The notes: generated from the sequence alone by a model not told the origin. Counted from the stretch's first letter, positions 45,400-56,270 are shown. The stretch: DNA of 64,000 bases from an uncultured Planctomycetota bacterium (GCA_963849325.1 CAWKHF010000005.1:320001-384000), one strand, 5' to 3'. A program made the numbers and translations.

Positions 45400-46100
45400 T
45401 CCATTCGCCCCACACGTCCGGCAGCGGGGCCGTCACCGTCAGCGGTTCGTAGCGGATCGGATGCAGAAACGTCAGACTGCGGGCGTGCAGGGCGATGATG
45501 CGATCGCGCGGCAGCTCGGCCGGCGGCCCGAACGGCAGACGCGAGCCGTACAGCACGTCGCCGCGCACCGGCCAGCCGCGCACCGCCGCCTGCACGCGGA
45601 TCTGGTGCATCCGTCCCGTCTCCGGCTCGATCTCCAAGCAGCGCTCCATCCTCCCGCTCGCGCAAGCGCCGAAAGCGCAACACGGCCCGGCGGGCGCCCG
45701 GAGTGTCCGCCGACACGCGCTCGCTGCGGGACTCTTCCTTCACCTTCAAGAGCCAGTCCTCCCACGCGCCCTCGGTCGGCGGCGGAGCGCCGTCGGCCGA
45801 CAGCTCGACCACGGCCCAGTAGACCTTGCGCACCTGGCGATTTTGAAACTGTTCCGCCAGTCGCCGCGCCGCCTTGGTGTTGCGCGCGAACACGACCACG
45901 CCGGAGACCGGCCGATCGAGACGGTGCGGGATGCCGAGGTAGACGTTGCCGGCCTTGTGATAGCGTTCCTTGAGGTAGGACTTGACCATCGCCTCCAGCG
46001 TCGGAATGCCGGGCGGCACTCCCTGCGTCAACAGCGGCGCCGGCTTGGCCACCGCCAGGCAATGGTTGTCCTCGAACAGGATGTGCAGCGGGTCGGACAC
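45374..46100 (-). CDS. RluA-family pseudouridine synthase (frameshift near 45650)
   Basis: ILFEDNH, KPA.LL, HRLDRPVSGVVVFA, KVYWA; second frame ETGRMHQIRVQ, GDVLYG, LHARSLTFLHP. Confidence 0.88.
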
Positions 46101-46150
46101 GGGATGCTCTGGCGACTCCGCTGCGCAGTCGCGGCGAAACGGGATTGCGG

Positions 46151-47551
46151 TTACGCATTCCCCATCGGCGGCAGCACGGCGGCGGCGTCCGTTTTGTCGA
46201 TCTCCTTCTTGAGGTGCTCGACCGCCTTTTCCAGCACGCGATCGACGAACGGCTTCTTGTCCTTGCCGTCCTTCTTGTTCGCCGCGACCGGCTTCGGCTT
46301 GCCGCGGACGATGTCGCGCTCGGTGCGGTAAATCATGTACTCCAGCCGCTCCTCGTCCTTCATCGACACCTCGAAGCCGGCGTCCGGCTTGACGCCCCAG
46401 TCGTCGGTCTCCTTGCTGTCGGGGAAGCGGTGGATGTTCTTGCCGCTGGGCCGCCAGTAGCTGGCCGTCGTCAGCTTCAAGGCGCTGCGGTCGTCGCCCT
46501 CGTGCATCTCGATGATGTTCTGCACGCTGCCCTTGCCGTAGCTGCGTTCGCCGACGACCACCGCCCGCTTGTGGTCCTGCAGCGCCGCCGACAAGATCTC
46601 GCTGGCGCTGGCGCTGTACTTGTTGACCAGCACCGCCATCGGATACTTCTCGGCCGGCAGCAGCAGCGTGCCGTCGGCCTTGGCGTCGTAAACCTCTTCC
46701 TTGTGGTTGCGGCCCTTGGTGCTGACGATACGGCCCTCGCTGAGAAACAGATCGCTGATCTCGACCGCCGCCTTGAGCAGACCGCCGGGATTGTTGCGCA
46801 GGTCGATCACCAGGCCGCGGATGCCCTCATGCTGCAATTCCTCGATGGCGTCGCGCATCTCCTTGGCCGCCGTCTTGCTGAAGTTGGTCAGACGGATGTA
46901 GCCGATCTTGCTGTCCTTGTCGAGCACGAAGTCCCAGACCTTGGGAGCGTCGGCCTTGCGGCGGTCGCCGAGCACGCTGGGCACGACGATGATGGCCCGC
47001 GTGATGGCCACGTCCACCGGCTCCTTGGTGCCTTCGTGCAATACCGTCAGCGTCACCGCTTGCCCCGGCTCGCCCTGGATCAGATCGACGGCCTCGCTCA
47101 TGCGCAGGTTGTCGGTCGATTTGCCGTCGATTTTGAGAATGAGGTCGCCGGCCAGGATGCCGGCCTCGTAAGCCGGCGTGCCCGGCATGGGACTGATGAC
47201 GGTCAGCTGACCGCGGTTCTGACGGTCGAAGCCGACCTGGATGCCGACGCCGCCGAACTTGCCCTCGCTGGTCTTCTCGAACTGCTTGTACTCGCGCGGC
47301 GGGATGTAGGCCGAGTGCGGGTCGAGCCGCTCCAGGCCGCCGTTAATCATGTCCTCGACCAGCTTGCGCTCGCGCGAAGCGTCGATGTCCACGACGTAGC
47401 GCTGCCGAACTTCGTGCAGCACGTCCACCACCAGGCGGACCAGCTCGTAATCCTTGTCCTTCTCGCGCGTCGGGGCGCTGTAGGAGACGGTCAGTCCCAG
47501 CAGCGATACCCCGGCGATGCCCAGCAACCAGCCCAGGTTTCGACGCGACAT
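46151..47551 (-). CDS. S41 carboxyl-terminal processing protease (CtpA-like)
   Basis: LDPHSAY, PDZ (FGGVGI, GTPAYEAG), DLRNNPGGLL, SASASEI, GERSYGKGSVQ, GVKPD. Confidence 0.92.
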   Translation of the reverse strand: MSRRNLGWLLGIAGVSLLGLTVSYSAPTREKDKDYELVRLVVDVLHEVRQRYVVDIDASRERKLVEDMINGGLERLDPHSAYIPPREYKQFEKTSEGKFGGVGIQVGFDRQNRGQLTVISPMPGTPAYEAGILAGDLILKIDGKSTDNLRMSEAVDLIQGEPGQAVTLTVLHEGTKEPVDVAITRAIIVVPSVLGDRRKADAPKVWDFVLDKDSKIGYIRLTNFSKTAAKEMRDAIEELQHEGIRGLVIDLRNNPGGLLKAAVEISDLFLSEGRIVSTKGRNHKEEVYDAKADGTLLLPAEKYPMAVLVNKYSASASEILSAALQDHKRAVVVGERSYGKGSVQNIIEMHEGDDRSALKLTTASYWRPSGKNIHRFPDSKETDDWGVKPDAGFEVSMKDEERLEYMIYRTERDIVRGKPKPVAANKKDGKDKKPFVDRVLEKAVEHLKKEIDKTDAAAVLPPMGNA

Positions 47552-47791
47552 GTTCGAGCAGTCCTCCGGCAAGACGAGACACCGCTGGCGGCTTGGCGTC
47601 AAACCGCTGGCGTCAACCTCCGGATTATACTGGGCGGCCCGCTGTCAAGCGAGGGGAGAAAAAGACCGCCCTCCGGCCCGCATTTCGCCTCGTCAAAACC
47701 TCATTTCTCCTGCGGCCCAGGTCCGCAGGTCCGTTTGCGCCGATAGTATCGTTAAAAATTGTGCATTCTGCCGAAATATCCCAGATTGCCT

Positions 47792-47820
47792 TTGACGCCG
47801 GGCCATTCGCTTCTTATGGT
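47792..47820 (+). promoter_or_regulatory. Sigma70-like promoter for the Cys-rich gene
   Basis: TTGACG-N17-TATGGT about 100 bp upstream of the ATG. Confidence 0.6.
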
Positions 47821-47918
47821 CTAAGCAGGAACAGATCGGTTTTGCCGAGAAGGCACAGATTGCCTCTCCGGGCGGCTGGAGAGGTCCGCACGATTCTTTC
47901 AGTGAGGAGGTTCCGGGC

Positions 47919-48848
47919 ATGTACAGTCTCGTTCTGGCCACCATGTTGACGGCGGGCGGCGCCGCTCCGGACTTCGGCCACGGTTGCCACGGTTGCCACG
48001 GTTGTTACGGCTGCTGTGGCGGCTGCTATGGCTGCTATGGCTGTTGCGGCGGTTGCTACGGTTGTTACGGCTGTTGTGGTGGCTGCTACGGCTGCTGGGG
48101 TGGCTGCTGGGGCAGTTGCTACGGTTGCTGCGGCGGTTGCTATGGCTGCTGGGGTGGCTGCTGGGGTAGCTGCTATGGCTGCTGCGGCGGTTGCTACGGT
48201 TGCTGGGGCTGCTACGGTTGCTGCGGCGGCTACAGCGTCGCGGTCGCTCCCGTCGTCGGGATGCCGGTCGCGCCGACCGCGCCGGCCGCGCCGGAGAAGA
48301 CGCTGCCCTCCACGCCGAAGAAGACCTCTGTCTCCCTGGGCAATACGGCGGCCGTGGTCCTCAAGGCCCCCACGGACGTACAGCTGTCGATCGACGGCCG
48401 GGCCATCGCCCGCACGTCGGCCGAGGAAACCTTCCGCACGCCGGAGCTGGAGCCGGGCTACTCGTACACCTACGTGTTCAAGGCCGAGTTCGTCCGCGAT
48501 GGCCGGCCGGTCGCGCTGACCAAGGAGGTCCACGTGCGGGCCGGAAAGACCTCCGAGGCGGACTTCACCAAGCTGACCACGGTGAGCAAGGAGGTGGCGC
48601 GCGTCACGGTCAAACTTCCCGCCGACGCCCGCCTGTACGTCGATGGCGTACCCTGCCCCTTGACGTCGGCGACGCGGTCGTTCAACACGCCGGAGCTGGA
48701 GACCGGCCGCAGTTACTATTACACGCTCAAGGCCGAGTTCGTCCGCGACGGCGCGCCGCACACTCTCAGCAAGCGCGTGACCGTCGAGGCCGGCAAACAG
48801 GTGACGGTCGAGTTCAAGGAGGAGGCGGTACAGGCCGTCAGCCGCTAA
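47919..48848 (+). CDS. Planctomycete TIGR03000-like domain protein (two domains) with a Cys/Gly-rich N-terminal repeat
   Basis: [22 protein letters not shown] leader; (GCYGCCG)n; two domains of type V.LPADA.LYVDG.....TS..R.F.TPELE.G..Y.Y..KAE..RDG. Confidence 0.8.
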   Translation: MYSLVLATMLTAGGAAPDFGHGCHGCHGCYGCCGGCYGCYGCCGGCYGCYGCCGGCYGCWGGCWGSCYGCCGGCYGCWGGCWGSCYGCCGGCYGCWGCYGCCGGYSVAVAPVVGMPVAPTAPAAPEKTLPSTPKKTSVSLGNTAAVVLKAPTDVQLSIDGRAIARTSAEETFRTPELEPGYSYTYVFKAEFVRDGRPVALTKEVHVRAGKTSEADFTKLTTVSKEVARVTVKLPADARLYVDGVPCPLTSATRSFNTPELETGRSYYYTLKAEFVRDGAPHTLSKRVTVEAGKQVTVEFKEEAVQAVSR

Positions 48849-48951
48849 TCCACCGTTCCCGCATGACGACCCCGTTTCGCGGCGGTTCCCAGGACCGCGC
48901 GACCCTGTGAGCCGCCGCGAAACCAAAGCCACTTCTACGCCGATTGCACTG

Positions 48952-49001
48952 CAAGCAAAGGGGCCGTCTCCGCCAGCTAGCGGGAACGGCCCCTTTGCTT
49001 G
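48952..49001. terminator. Hairpin between convergent genes
   Basis: CAAGCAAAGGGGCCGT...ACGGCCCCTTTGCTTG. Confidence 0.55.
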
Positions 49002-49030
49002 TTCTTCTCTCTCGATTGGAGCTGAACGAT

Positions 49031-49228
49031 TCAGTTGGGAGACGGGACGGTCGCAGTCTGAGTGCCTTCCTGGTCCCTCTGTCTGGACTCGTCGCGGCCG
49101 AACAAGACCTCACCCTTGTCGTCGATCACTCCCCCGGCGATCAGTTGCCGGAACTGCTCTTCGGGTGGCAACGCGCCGAATTCCGCCAGTGCTTTGCGGG
49201 TTCGTTCCACCATTTCGCGCTTCGTCAT
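49031..49228 (-). CDS. Small hypothetical protein (65 aa)
   Basis: Strong SD AAGGAGG before ATG; MTKREMVERTRKALAEF. Confidence 0.5.
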   Translation of the reverse strand: MTKREMVERTRKALAEFGALPPEEQFRQLIAGGVIDDKGEVLFGRDESRQRDQEGTQTATVPSPN

Positions 49229-49275
49229 GTCACCCTCCTTGCGGTCCATCGCCATGCAATGGGGCGTTCCGCGGA

Positions 49276-50745
49276 TCAGCTGGATCGTCGCCAGGCACTG
49301 CCGGCGGCATCGCTAGGAACGGCGCGCCCTTCGCGCTGGAGTTTGTGCAGACCGGCCAGCACCTGCATCTCGGCGTAGCGCATCAACTCCGCTGGCAAAC
49401 CGCGATACATCGCCACGGCCAGCTCCGGCACCGTTTGCGGTTCCGCACCCAGGAATTGCAACAATTGCTCCTCGCGCTCACGGCGATGGGCCAGCGATTG
49501 CTCGATGACGAAGGCCGGCCGGGCGCTGGGCGAACCGTGCGCCGGTAGCAATAGCCGGGCCGGAAACGTTTGCAAGCGCCGCAGTGAATCGAGATACACG
49601 GACAGGTCGCCCTCCGGCGGCGGCGGAATGAGCACCGACGACAGCATCGAGATCATGTCACCGACGAACAATAAGCGATAACGCGGCTCGTAAAAGGCGA
49701 GATGTCCCGGCGCGTGGCCGGGCGTATGCACCGCCTGCAAGTGCCAGCGGCCCGCGCCGTCGGGCGCCGGTCCCAGGTCGAGACCATCGCCGTCGTTCAG
49801 ATAGCGATGCACCTCGACACGCCCGCGCAGCGCCTCCGCCGTCAGCGGATGAGCGAGGATCGGCACTCCGTAGCGGCGGGCGCAGGCGTTCGCCGCGCCG
49901 ACGTGGTCGGGATGATGGTGCGTGAGGACCACGCCGGCCGGACGCCGGTCGCCGAGCACGGCGAAGAGCCGTTCCTGTTCGGCGGGGTCGGCCGCGCCGG
50001 GATCGAGCAAGTAGGCCGGGTCGGTGCCGACGAGGTAAGCGTTGGTGTGCGTGCTCGGTGGCAGGCCGTGCGAGAACAACGGGACCATCTGCACGGCCGG
50101 GCTGAACCAGATCGGCGCATGCGGCGGAGCGTGAAACCGTCCGGGCAACTCCTCGACGGGCCGGCCGCGGATCGCCTCCAGCAGAGAGATGGTCGGCGGT
50201 GACACCAAGATGTCACCGGAAGTCCAGTCGGCCAGGACGCGCTCGGCGCTGCGCCAGGATCCCTCGGTCAGCTCGCCGGACCAGACCTCGGCCGTCTGTC
50301 CGGGGGGCAGCACGGCGACGAAAAAGGCGGTGTCGAAGCGGATCGGCGAAAACGACGGCGTCACGAGGGAGCCGGCGAAGGCCAGGTCGTCCGGCCGCAG
50401 GTGCAACTCGCGCTCGGCCAGCAGGTCGTTGAAGGAGATTTGCTCCGCCATCAGTTCGCGGCGCAGGCGGATCAGTTCGTCGGGCGGCGGGTAGGAACCG
50501 CGCTCGTCGCGGGCCAGGAGGATGCCGATCTCCTCGAACAGCTCGCGGACGGCGGCGACGTGCTGGGCGGTCAGGCCGGGCGTGTGCTGGGCAAGGGCGG
50601 CGTCGCTCCGATGGACCTTGCCGCCGGGGAAGGCGAGGAAGCCACCCAGGAAGCGCAGGGCAGCGGAGCGCGCGACGACAAAGACCTCGTCCGATCCCCG
50701 GCCGCGCGCGAGCAGCACGCTGGCCGCCTGGGGGATGGCGCTCGA
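49276..50745 (-). CDS. NUDIX-like plus metallo-beta-lactamase (LACTB2-like) hydrolase
   Basis: AASVLL, FPGGKV, AAVRELFEE.GI, RFDTAFF; LTHHHPDHVG, HTPGHAPGH, GD, LLPAHG; in frame with the upstream receiver in this assembly. Confidence 0.8.
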   Translation of the reverse strand, partial: SSAIPQAASVLLARGRGSDEVFVVARSAALRFLGGFLAFPGGKVHRSDAALAQHTPGLTAQHVAAVRELFEEIGILLARDERGSYPPPDELIRLRRELMAEQISFNDLLAERELHLRPDDLAFAGSLVTPSFSPIRFDTAFFVAVLPPGQTAEVWSGELTEGSWRSAERVLADWTSGDILVSPPTISLLEAIRGRPVEELPGRFHAPPHAPIWFSPAVQMVPLFSHGLPPSTHTNAYLVGTDPAYLLDPGAADPAEQERLFAVLGDRRPAGVVLTHHHPDHVGAANACARRYGVPILAHPLTAEALRGRVEVHRYLNDGDGLDLGPAPDGAGRWHLQAVHTPGHAPGHLAFYEPRYRLLFVGDMISMLSSVLIPPPPEGDLSVYLDSLRRLQTFPARLLLPAHGSPSARPAFVIEQSLAHRREREEQLLQFLGAEPQTVPELAVAMYRGLPAELMRYAEMQVLAGLHKLQREGRAVPSDAAGSAWRRSS

Positions 50746-51156
50746 TTCGTCCTCGTCCTGGTCCTTGGCCTGGGGGTTGTCGCTGTCCGGGCCTTGCAGG
50801 CCGCGCTGGACGGCTTCGAGCAGGCGCTCCATGGCGAACGGCTTACGGATGTAGTCGATGACGCCGAGGTATTCGGCGTAGGCCTTGTGCCGGCTGCCCT
50901 CGTTGGCCGTAATCATGATGATCGGCGGCGCATCGGGCTTGTTCTTAAAGTGCTCCAGCACCGGATAGCCGCCCATGCGCGGCATCATCATGTCGAGGAT
51001 GACGAGGTCGGGCCGCTGCTGATACACCATCTGTTTGCCGTGCTGGCCGTCGCGGGCCTGGATGACGCGAAAGCCCTGCCGTTCCAGCACCACGCGCAGG
51101 CCGTCGCTCAGCTCGACGTCGTCGTCCACAATGAGGATCGTTTTGGGGTTCGCCAT
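50742..51156 (-). CDS. Response regulator receiver (CheY-like)
   Basis: ILIVDDD, PDLVILDMMMPRMGG, IMITA, YIRKPF. Confidence 0.88.
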
Positions 51157-51272
51157 GAGATAATCCTTCCGTCAAGCGCGCACCGCGGATGAATCCGCCG
51201 GGCAGGAGTTTGAATCATACCAGCCCGCCGCGCCTGCCACAAGAAAGAAGCGACCAGCCGCGAACTCTCTCC

Positions 51273-51321
51273 GAGCCTGAAGCGTAAGCGAAGGGAATTC
51301 CTTCGCTTACGCTTCAGACTC
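51273..51321. repeat. REP-like palindrome family 2
   Basis: GAGCCTGAAGCGTAAGCGAAGG...CCTTCGCTTACGCTTCAGACTC. Confidence 0.8.
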
Positions 51322-51349
51322 CGAAAGAGGGTCGCGGCTCGGTAGGCCC

Positions 51350-52325
51350 TCAATAATCCGTGCGCGCAAAGCGCCGGGCGGATAGGACCAGGACGAGGAC
51401 GGTGAAGACGAGAGAAGTCAGGATCGACGCGGCCAGGTGGACACCGCCATCGCGCAGGGCGCTGTAATCGAGCAGCCGGCCGAAGTAGTGGTCGGCGCGT
51501 AGCAGGTCGAAGAGCAGCCAGCTCAGGTCGGCCGGCTTGGGCAGCAGCCAGTAAGCGATCGACAGGCCGGCCGAGGTCTCGCCGGCCGAGGCGGCGTGCC
51601 AGCCGTGGTTGACGCACCAGCACAGCATCCAGAACAACAGCGAACCGGCCAGGCAGACCGTCGTGCTGCGCAGTGTACACGGCCAGCCAGGCGGACAGGC
51701 CGAAGAAGACGGCGAAGTGCAACAGCAGTACCGGCAGGCACAGCAGGTACAACGGCGCCCAGACGCCGGTCGCCAATCCCAGCGCCAGCCAGGTGCCGGC
51801 CACGAACAGGCACGCTTGCAAGGTCAGGAAGGCCAGCACGCCGAGATACTGGCCGGCCAGCAAGACGCCGCGCGGCGTCGGCTTGGTCAGCAGCACCGCC
51901 GACCGCGCCGGGTCGAGGAAGCTCGGCAGAAAACCCGCCGTCCAGATCAGCGCCAGCAGCACGCCGGCGGTATCGGCCACGAAGCCGGCCAGCAACAGCT
52001 GCACGAAGATAATGGCGTCCTCGGGATAGTGGCGGTAGTGAACGCGGACCAGGCCAAACAGGAAGCTCACCTCGCTGGAGGCCACGTCCACGCCCTCGGC
52101 GCGCGGCGAGGCCAGCCGCTGCGCCTCCTCCAGCGGCAGGCGCATGCGCGCCTCGCCGCGCTCGACCGGCAAGGGCGGCTCGCCCGAGATGCGTATGCCC
52201 AGGCAGAACACCACGCAGACACCCGTCACCAGCGACGTCGCCGCGAACAGGCGCGACGACACCGCCTCACGGAACGTCGTGTACACGACCCAGCCGATTA
52301 GCCGCAGTAACGTGGGGGAGTTCAT
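51350..52325 (-). CDS. ABC-2-type transporter permease (frameshift near 51670)
   Basis: TFREA, DTAGVLLALIWTAGFLPSFLDP, LLTKP.PR..LLAGQYLGVL, YWLLPKP; paralog of 57303-58218. Confidence 0.75.
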
Positions 52326-52349
52326 GCGTTTCTGTCTCCAGGGGATGCG

Positions 52350-55022
52350 TCAATCGATCAGGGATATTTGCACGCCGCTTTGCATGATGCGCGACATGGC
52401 CTGCTGAATCAGGTTGATGCGCTGCTGATAGCCGCCGACGATGAGCTTGAACGACTGCGTGCCGCTGGTGTAGCCGCCGCTGGCCGGCGTGACGCCGTCG
52501 CCGCCGCTGGTCGGCGTGCCGGGATAGCCCCAACAACTCTGGATGGTGTCCGTAGTCGGCGACGTGTTGCCGACCTGCTGAATCTTGAGCAGGAATTGCA
52601 GGACGCATTGCTGCATCGGGCCGGCGGTGGGGTCGTTGGTCATGGACGGCTCCATCAGCTGGCCGAAGGCCAGGCAGTGGATGCGGGCCGGCTGCCGGGC
52701 CGTCGAGTAGCCGCCCGCCAACGTCAGGTTGCACAGCTGCTGCGCCACCGTGTACGTCATCGTCTTGGCAGACGAATTAGGGTCGGAATTGACGGTCTCG
52801 CTGTTGTCGCTGTTGCCGATTGTGTAGTAGTTGTTCCAGGGACTGACCGTATTGAGAGAGTAAGTGAACTGGTCGTGCGTGACGCCATCGGTCTCCAGGA
52901 TGACCATCTTGACGGCGCCGCAGCGGCCGCTGAAGCCACGGCTGCTATTGGAACTGAACTGATTGTAGGCCACGGCCAGGCCGGCCGACGAATCGGTGCC
53001 GCCGTTGGCATTGGGCACGTTGCCGCTGGTCGTGTCGTTGAAATTCGTGTCATACGGCCGGATCGTCCCGCTGACCGCGCCGGTGGACGAATTGATCAGG
53101 CTGTAAGGATACCACAGGGCGTTGGTCAAATAGGTATAATTCTGTCCCATGGGCACGCGGGCCGTGTTGTACGCCGAGTTGGAGGAGAAGTAGATCAGGG
53201 AGGCGCAATCGTTGGGATGGTTGGTCTGGATGTCCTGGATGGCCGACTGGATGCCGGCCTTGAGCTGCCAATCGTGGGCCTCGTGACTGGTGCCGGGGTT
53301 CCAATTGCGGCCGTACTCCGGCACGCCGACCAGGAACGCCATCATCGTCAGCGGCCCGAACCAGAAGTGCAGGCGCGGATGGATGGGAGCGTCGGTGTAA
53401 CTCATGTAGGCGCCGTTCGCCGGTGGGCTGGTGATACTCGGCGTGGGACCGAAGGTTTGGCCGCCAAAACTGTTGGAGGAGTTTTGACCGTACAAGGTGT
53501 TGATCGGATTGTACGTGTTCGTCTCGGAATTGTAACCGAGGACGAAATCGATGTATTCCTTCCAGAAGCGCTGGTCCAGGTTGCTGGTATAGCTGGAGAC
53601 GTCGCTGGGAATGGAACTGTAGTAGACGATGCGGCCGGATTGCAGGTTGGGCGGCAGCGTCTGTGGACCCGACTGGATCCAGGCCAACACGTTGGCATAG
53701 TTGATGGTGCCGCCGTTCTGGATCCATTGGCCGGAGCTGTTCCACAACACCGTGTTGTCCGTGACCGGCGTCACGCCGTCACTTTTGAAGAAATAGCGCT
53801 GTCGCCAATCGCCGGCCACGTAACCGCCCTGGCCCGGTGTGCTTACAGGGGTGCGTGGGTCGGGCGGCCACGTGTAGAAAGTCTTGCCGTAGTAACCTGG
53901 ACCTACCGTGTAGCCTTTGAAGAGGCCCGCCGTCACCTGCCATTTATTCTTCGCGGTGTTGTAGTTATAGTCGTAGCCGTTCTGCTTGAAATTTTTGTCG
54001 ATGGTGTTTGTGCTCTTCACGAAAGCCTGGCCGAGATAGTCCTGAACGTCGCCGGCGTAATCGCTGGGGCTGGCGGCGCTGGTCTTGCCTTTCTTCAGCG
54101 GCCACGGATCGCCGTCTATCGGGGTGGCGAGATATAAGTTCGTGGACGGCGTGGGCGTCACCACCGGCGTCAGATTGGCGTTGTAGCTCGACGGATTGCC
54201 GACGACGAAGGCGTTGACGTAGTTGCCGCTGCCGGTGGTATCGCACAGGTAGTCGCCGACCATGGCCGGGCCGTTGCTGGTGGCCATCGTCAGGTTGCTG
54301 GGAGCGTGCGACTCGCCGTGCAAGTCACCGTAGGCGTCCAGGCTCATCATGGGATTGGGGTTGCCCGCCGTGACGTTGGACGAGGGGAAAATCGACCACG
54401 GACCGAACTGCGGATACGTCGGGTCCGGATTCATCGAGCCGGCGGTGGGATCGCTGGTGCTCTCGTTGACGCCGCGGATGTTGACGTTGCTGCCGTACTG
54501 CATCGACGTGGAGAAGTCGAGCACGATGGCAACGTCGCGCGGACGGTGTACGGCCACGGCCAGGGCCCCGACCGAGATCGGGCTGATGCCGAACACCTGG
54601 GCGAAGTACGTCGGCTGTTGCGTCTGCACCTGTACCTGCATCGCCGTCCACGATTCGTTGGCACCCTTGGTGCCGCTGAAGTCGGCGGCGAACTGCTGCG
54701 CCGCGCTGTTGTAGCGATAGACGCCGGTCGTGATGGTGATCTGGGCCAACGTCAACGCCGTGGACAGGACGTTGTTATTGGTGGCCACGGTGGTGGCGAA
54801 ATTCTGGGCGGCGGTGAGGTTGTTGTTGACGGCGTTGCCGTTGAGCAGACGGGCGCCGGCCAGGGCGGCGAGGTCCGCCGCGTTCTGGCACTGCGTCCGC
54901 GCCACCGCCACCATGCCCAGATCGACCCCCAGGGCGATCAGGCCAATCAGGGCGATCAAGGAAACCGCTACCATCGGTAAGATGGAGCCGCGGCGGCGGA
55001 CGGCGGCGTCACGGAATAACAT
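52350..55022 (-). CDS. TadG-like pilus-associated protein with vWA domain and large insert
   Basis: RRRGSILPMVAVSL...VDLG...QNAADLAALAGA; RDVAIVLDFSTSM; GGT...GL; VILETDG. Confidence 0.8.
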   Translation of the reverse strand: MLFRDAAVRRRGSILPMVAVSLIALIGLIALGVDLGMVAVARTQCQNAADLAALAGARLLNGNAVNNNLTAAQNFATTVATNNNVLSTALTLAQITITTGVYRYNSAAQQFAADFSGTKGANESWTAMQVQVQTQQPTYFAQVFGISPISVGALAVAVHRPRDVAIVLDFSTSMQYGSNVNIRGVNESTSDPTAGSMNPDPTYPQFGPWSIFPSSNVTAGNPNPMMSLDAYGDLHGESHAPSNLTMATSNGPAMVGDYLCDTTGSGNYVNAFVVGNPSSYNANLTPVVTPTPSTNLYLATPIDGDPWPLKKGKTSAASPSDYAGDVQDYLGQAFVKSTNTIDKNFKQNGYDYNYNTAKNKWQVTAGLFKGYTVGPGYYGKTFYTWPPDPRTPVSTPGQGGYVAGDWRQRYFFKSDGVTPVTDNTVLWNSSGQWIQNGGTINYANVLAWIQSGPQTLPPNLQSGRIVYYSSIPSDVSSYTSNLDQRFWKEYIDFVLGYNSETNTYNPINTLYGQNSSNSFGGQTFGPTPSITSPPANGAYMSYTDAPIHPRLHFWFGPLTMMAFLVGVPEYGRNWNPGTSHEAHDWQLKAGIQSAIQDIQTNHPNDCASLIYFSSNSAYNTARVPMGQNYTYLTNALWYPYSLINSSTGAVSGTIRPYDTNFNDTTSGNVPNANGGTDSSAGLAVAYNQFSSNSSRGFSGRCGAVKMVILETDGVTHDQFTYSLNTVSPWNNYYTIGNSDNSETVNSDPNSSAKTMTYTVAQQLCNLTLAGGYSTARQPARIHCLAFGQLMEPSMTNDPTAGPMQQCVLQFLLKIQQVGNTSPTTDTIQSCWGYPGTPTSGGDGVTPASGGYTSGTQSFKLIVGGYQQRINLIQQAMSRIMQSGVQISLID

Positions 55023-55075
55023 GGTTGATGTCTCCTCGCCCGGCGCGGGCGTGCCCTCAGAACTTGTCCGGAAAG

Positions 55076-55186
55076 CCCCTCTCCCCCGGTACTCCGGGGG
55101 AGAGGGGTTGGGGTGAGGGGGCGGATCTACTCGGGTCTCTCACCCCCTCACCCCCAACCCCTCTCCCCCGAAGCGGGGGAGAGGGG
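55076..55186. repeat. REP-like element (CCCCTCTCCCCCG...GGGGGAGAGGGG), double hairpin
   Basis: Nested inverted repeats between tad-like genes; degenerate relative at 10592-10637. Confidence 0.75.
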
Positions 55187-55204
55187 AGTGTATCGAACCG
55201 ACTC

Positions 55205-55699
55205 TCAGTTCGCTTCACTATTCATCATCGCCGTCACCGAGATCGGCAAGGTGTTCCCCATGAGCAAGAACGACGGCAAGATCGGTCGATACGTCCCGGT
55301 GATTTGCACCACGATGGGACTGCCGAAGGTGGCCGAGTTCCAGCTGGAGCCGTTCAGCGCCTGAATCGTGGGCGGATAAATGGCCGTTGCCGTGCTGCTG
55401 TTGTAAATGAGGGTGGGATCGGCCGAGAACACGTTGACGGTGTACCCCTGGATCTGGGCGTCCACGCCGGCCATCTTGGCGTTGACGACGCCGATCACCT
55501 GGCCCTGCGTGGTGCCGTCGCCGGTGTGGGCCACGGCGTAGCGCACGCCTTCGCGGGCCGCGTTGTTGGTCGTGTGCAGCACCATCAGGTAGCGGCCATA
55601 TTCCAGGATGCCGAACAGAAACAGCATGGCGATGCCCAGGACGAAGGCCATCTCCACCGTGCTGGCGCCGCGGCGCTGGGGCTGCTGGGAAAGCCTCAT
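55205..55699 (-). CDS. TadE-like pseudopilin
   Basis: RRGASTVEMAFV...LFGILEYGR...AAREGVRYA; GAGGAG SD. Confidence 0.88.
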   Translation of the reverse strand: MRLSQQPQRRGASTVEMAFVLGIAMLFLFGILEYGRYLMVLHTTNNAAREGVRYAVAHTGDGTTQGQVIGVVNAKMAGVDAQIQGYTVNVFSADPTLIYNSSTATAIYPPTIQALNGSSWNSATFGSPIVVQITGTYRPILPSFLLMGNTLPISVTAMMNSEAN

Positions 55700-55723
55700 C
55701 GTTGCCACTCCTCGGTCCCACTA

Positions 55724-56242
55724 TCAGGGCGACCAACCGGGAATCGTCGTGTTGACGGTGAACGGTGTATCCACCAGGATCACCCAGGTCGTTTGCGCCG
55801 TCAGCGTGCCGCCGAGAGGGATCGGCGTCCAGTTGACGTCCTGCGCCGGCAGCGCGACGGTGACCAGGAAGCGCTCGCCCTGCAAGCCCTGGTAGGGGTC
55901 GGTGCGCGTCAGGTCGCCGTCGAGGAACTGAAACGTCACCTGCACGTCGTTGACCTGGCTGGCGCCGACGACGCCGGCGGCGACAAGGTACTCGCGCACG
56001 GTGTCCTGGACGTTGGGCAGGCCGCTGGAGGCGTGGATTTGCGTGAAGGCGCCGACTTGATTGATGATCTGCGCCTGCGAGGCCAGCCGCGCTCCCTCGC
56101 GGGCGGCATTGTCCATCAGCTGCATGACCTCGATGATGCGGCCCACCTGCAACAGTCCGAACAACAACAGCAGCAGCAGCGGCGCGAGAAAAGCGAATTC
56201 CACGGCCGCCACGCCGCGGCGCCTTCGCCGGCGACGAAGCAT
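55724..56242 (-). CDS. TadE-like pseudopilin
   Basis: RRGVAAVEFAFLAPLLLLLLFGLLQVGR...AAREGARLAS. Confidence 0.88.
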   Translation of the reverse strand: MLRRRRRRRGVAAVEFAFLAPLLLLLLFGLLQVGRIIEVMQLMDNAAREGARLASQAQIINQVGAFTQIHASSGLPNVQDTVREYLVAAGVVGASQVNDVQVTFQFLDGDLTRTDPYQGLQGERFLVTVALPAQDVNWTPIPLGGTLTAQTTWVILVDTPFTVNTTIPGWSP

Positions 56243-56270
56243 GGGAGCAAACTCCCCTCTTGTCAACAAG

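Noticed and set aside
46151-47551. S41 protease as the enzyme processing HARHPGS tails
   Set aside because: Ordinary housekeeping context 14 kb from the cluster; no sequence evidence of linkage
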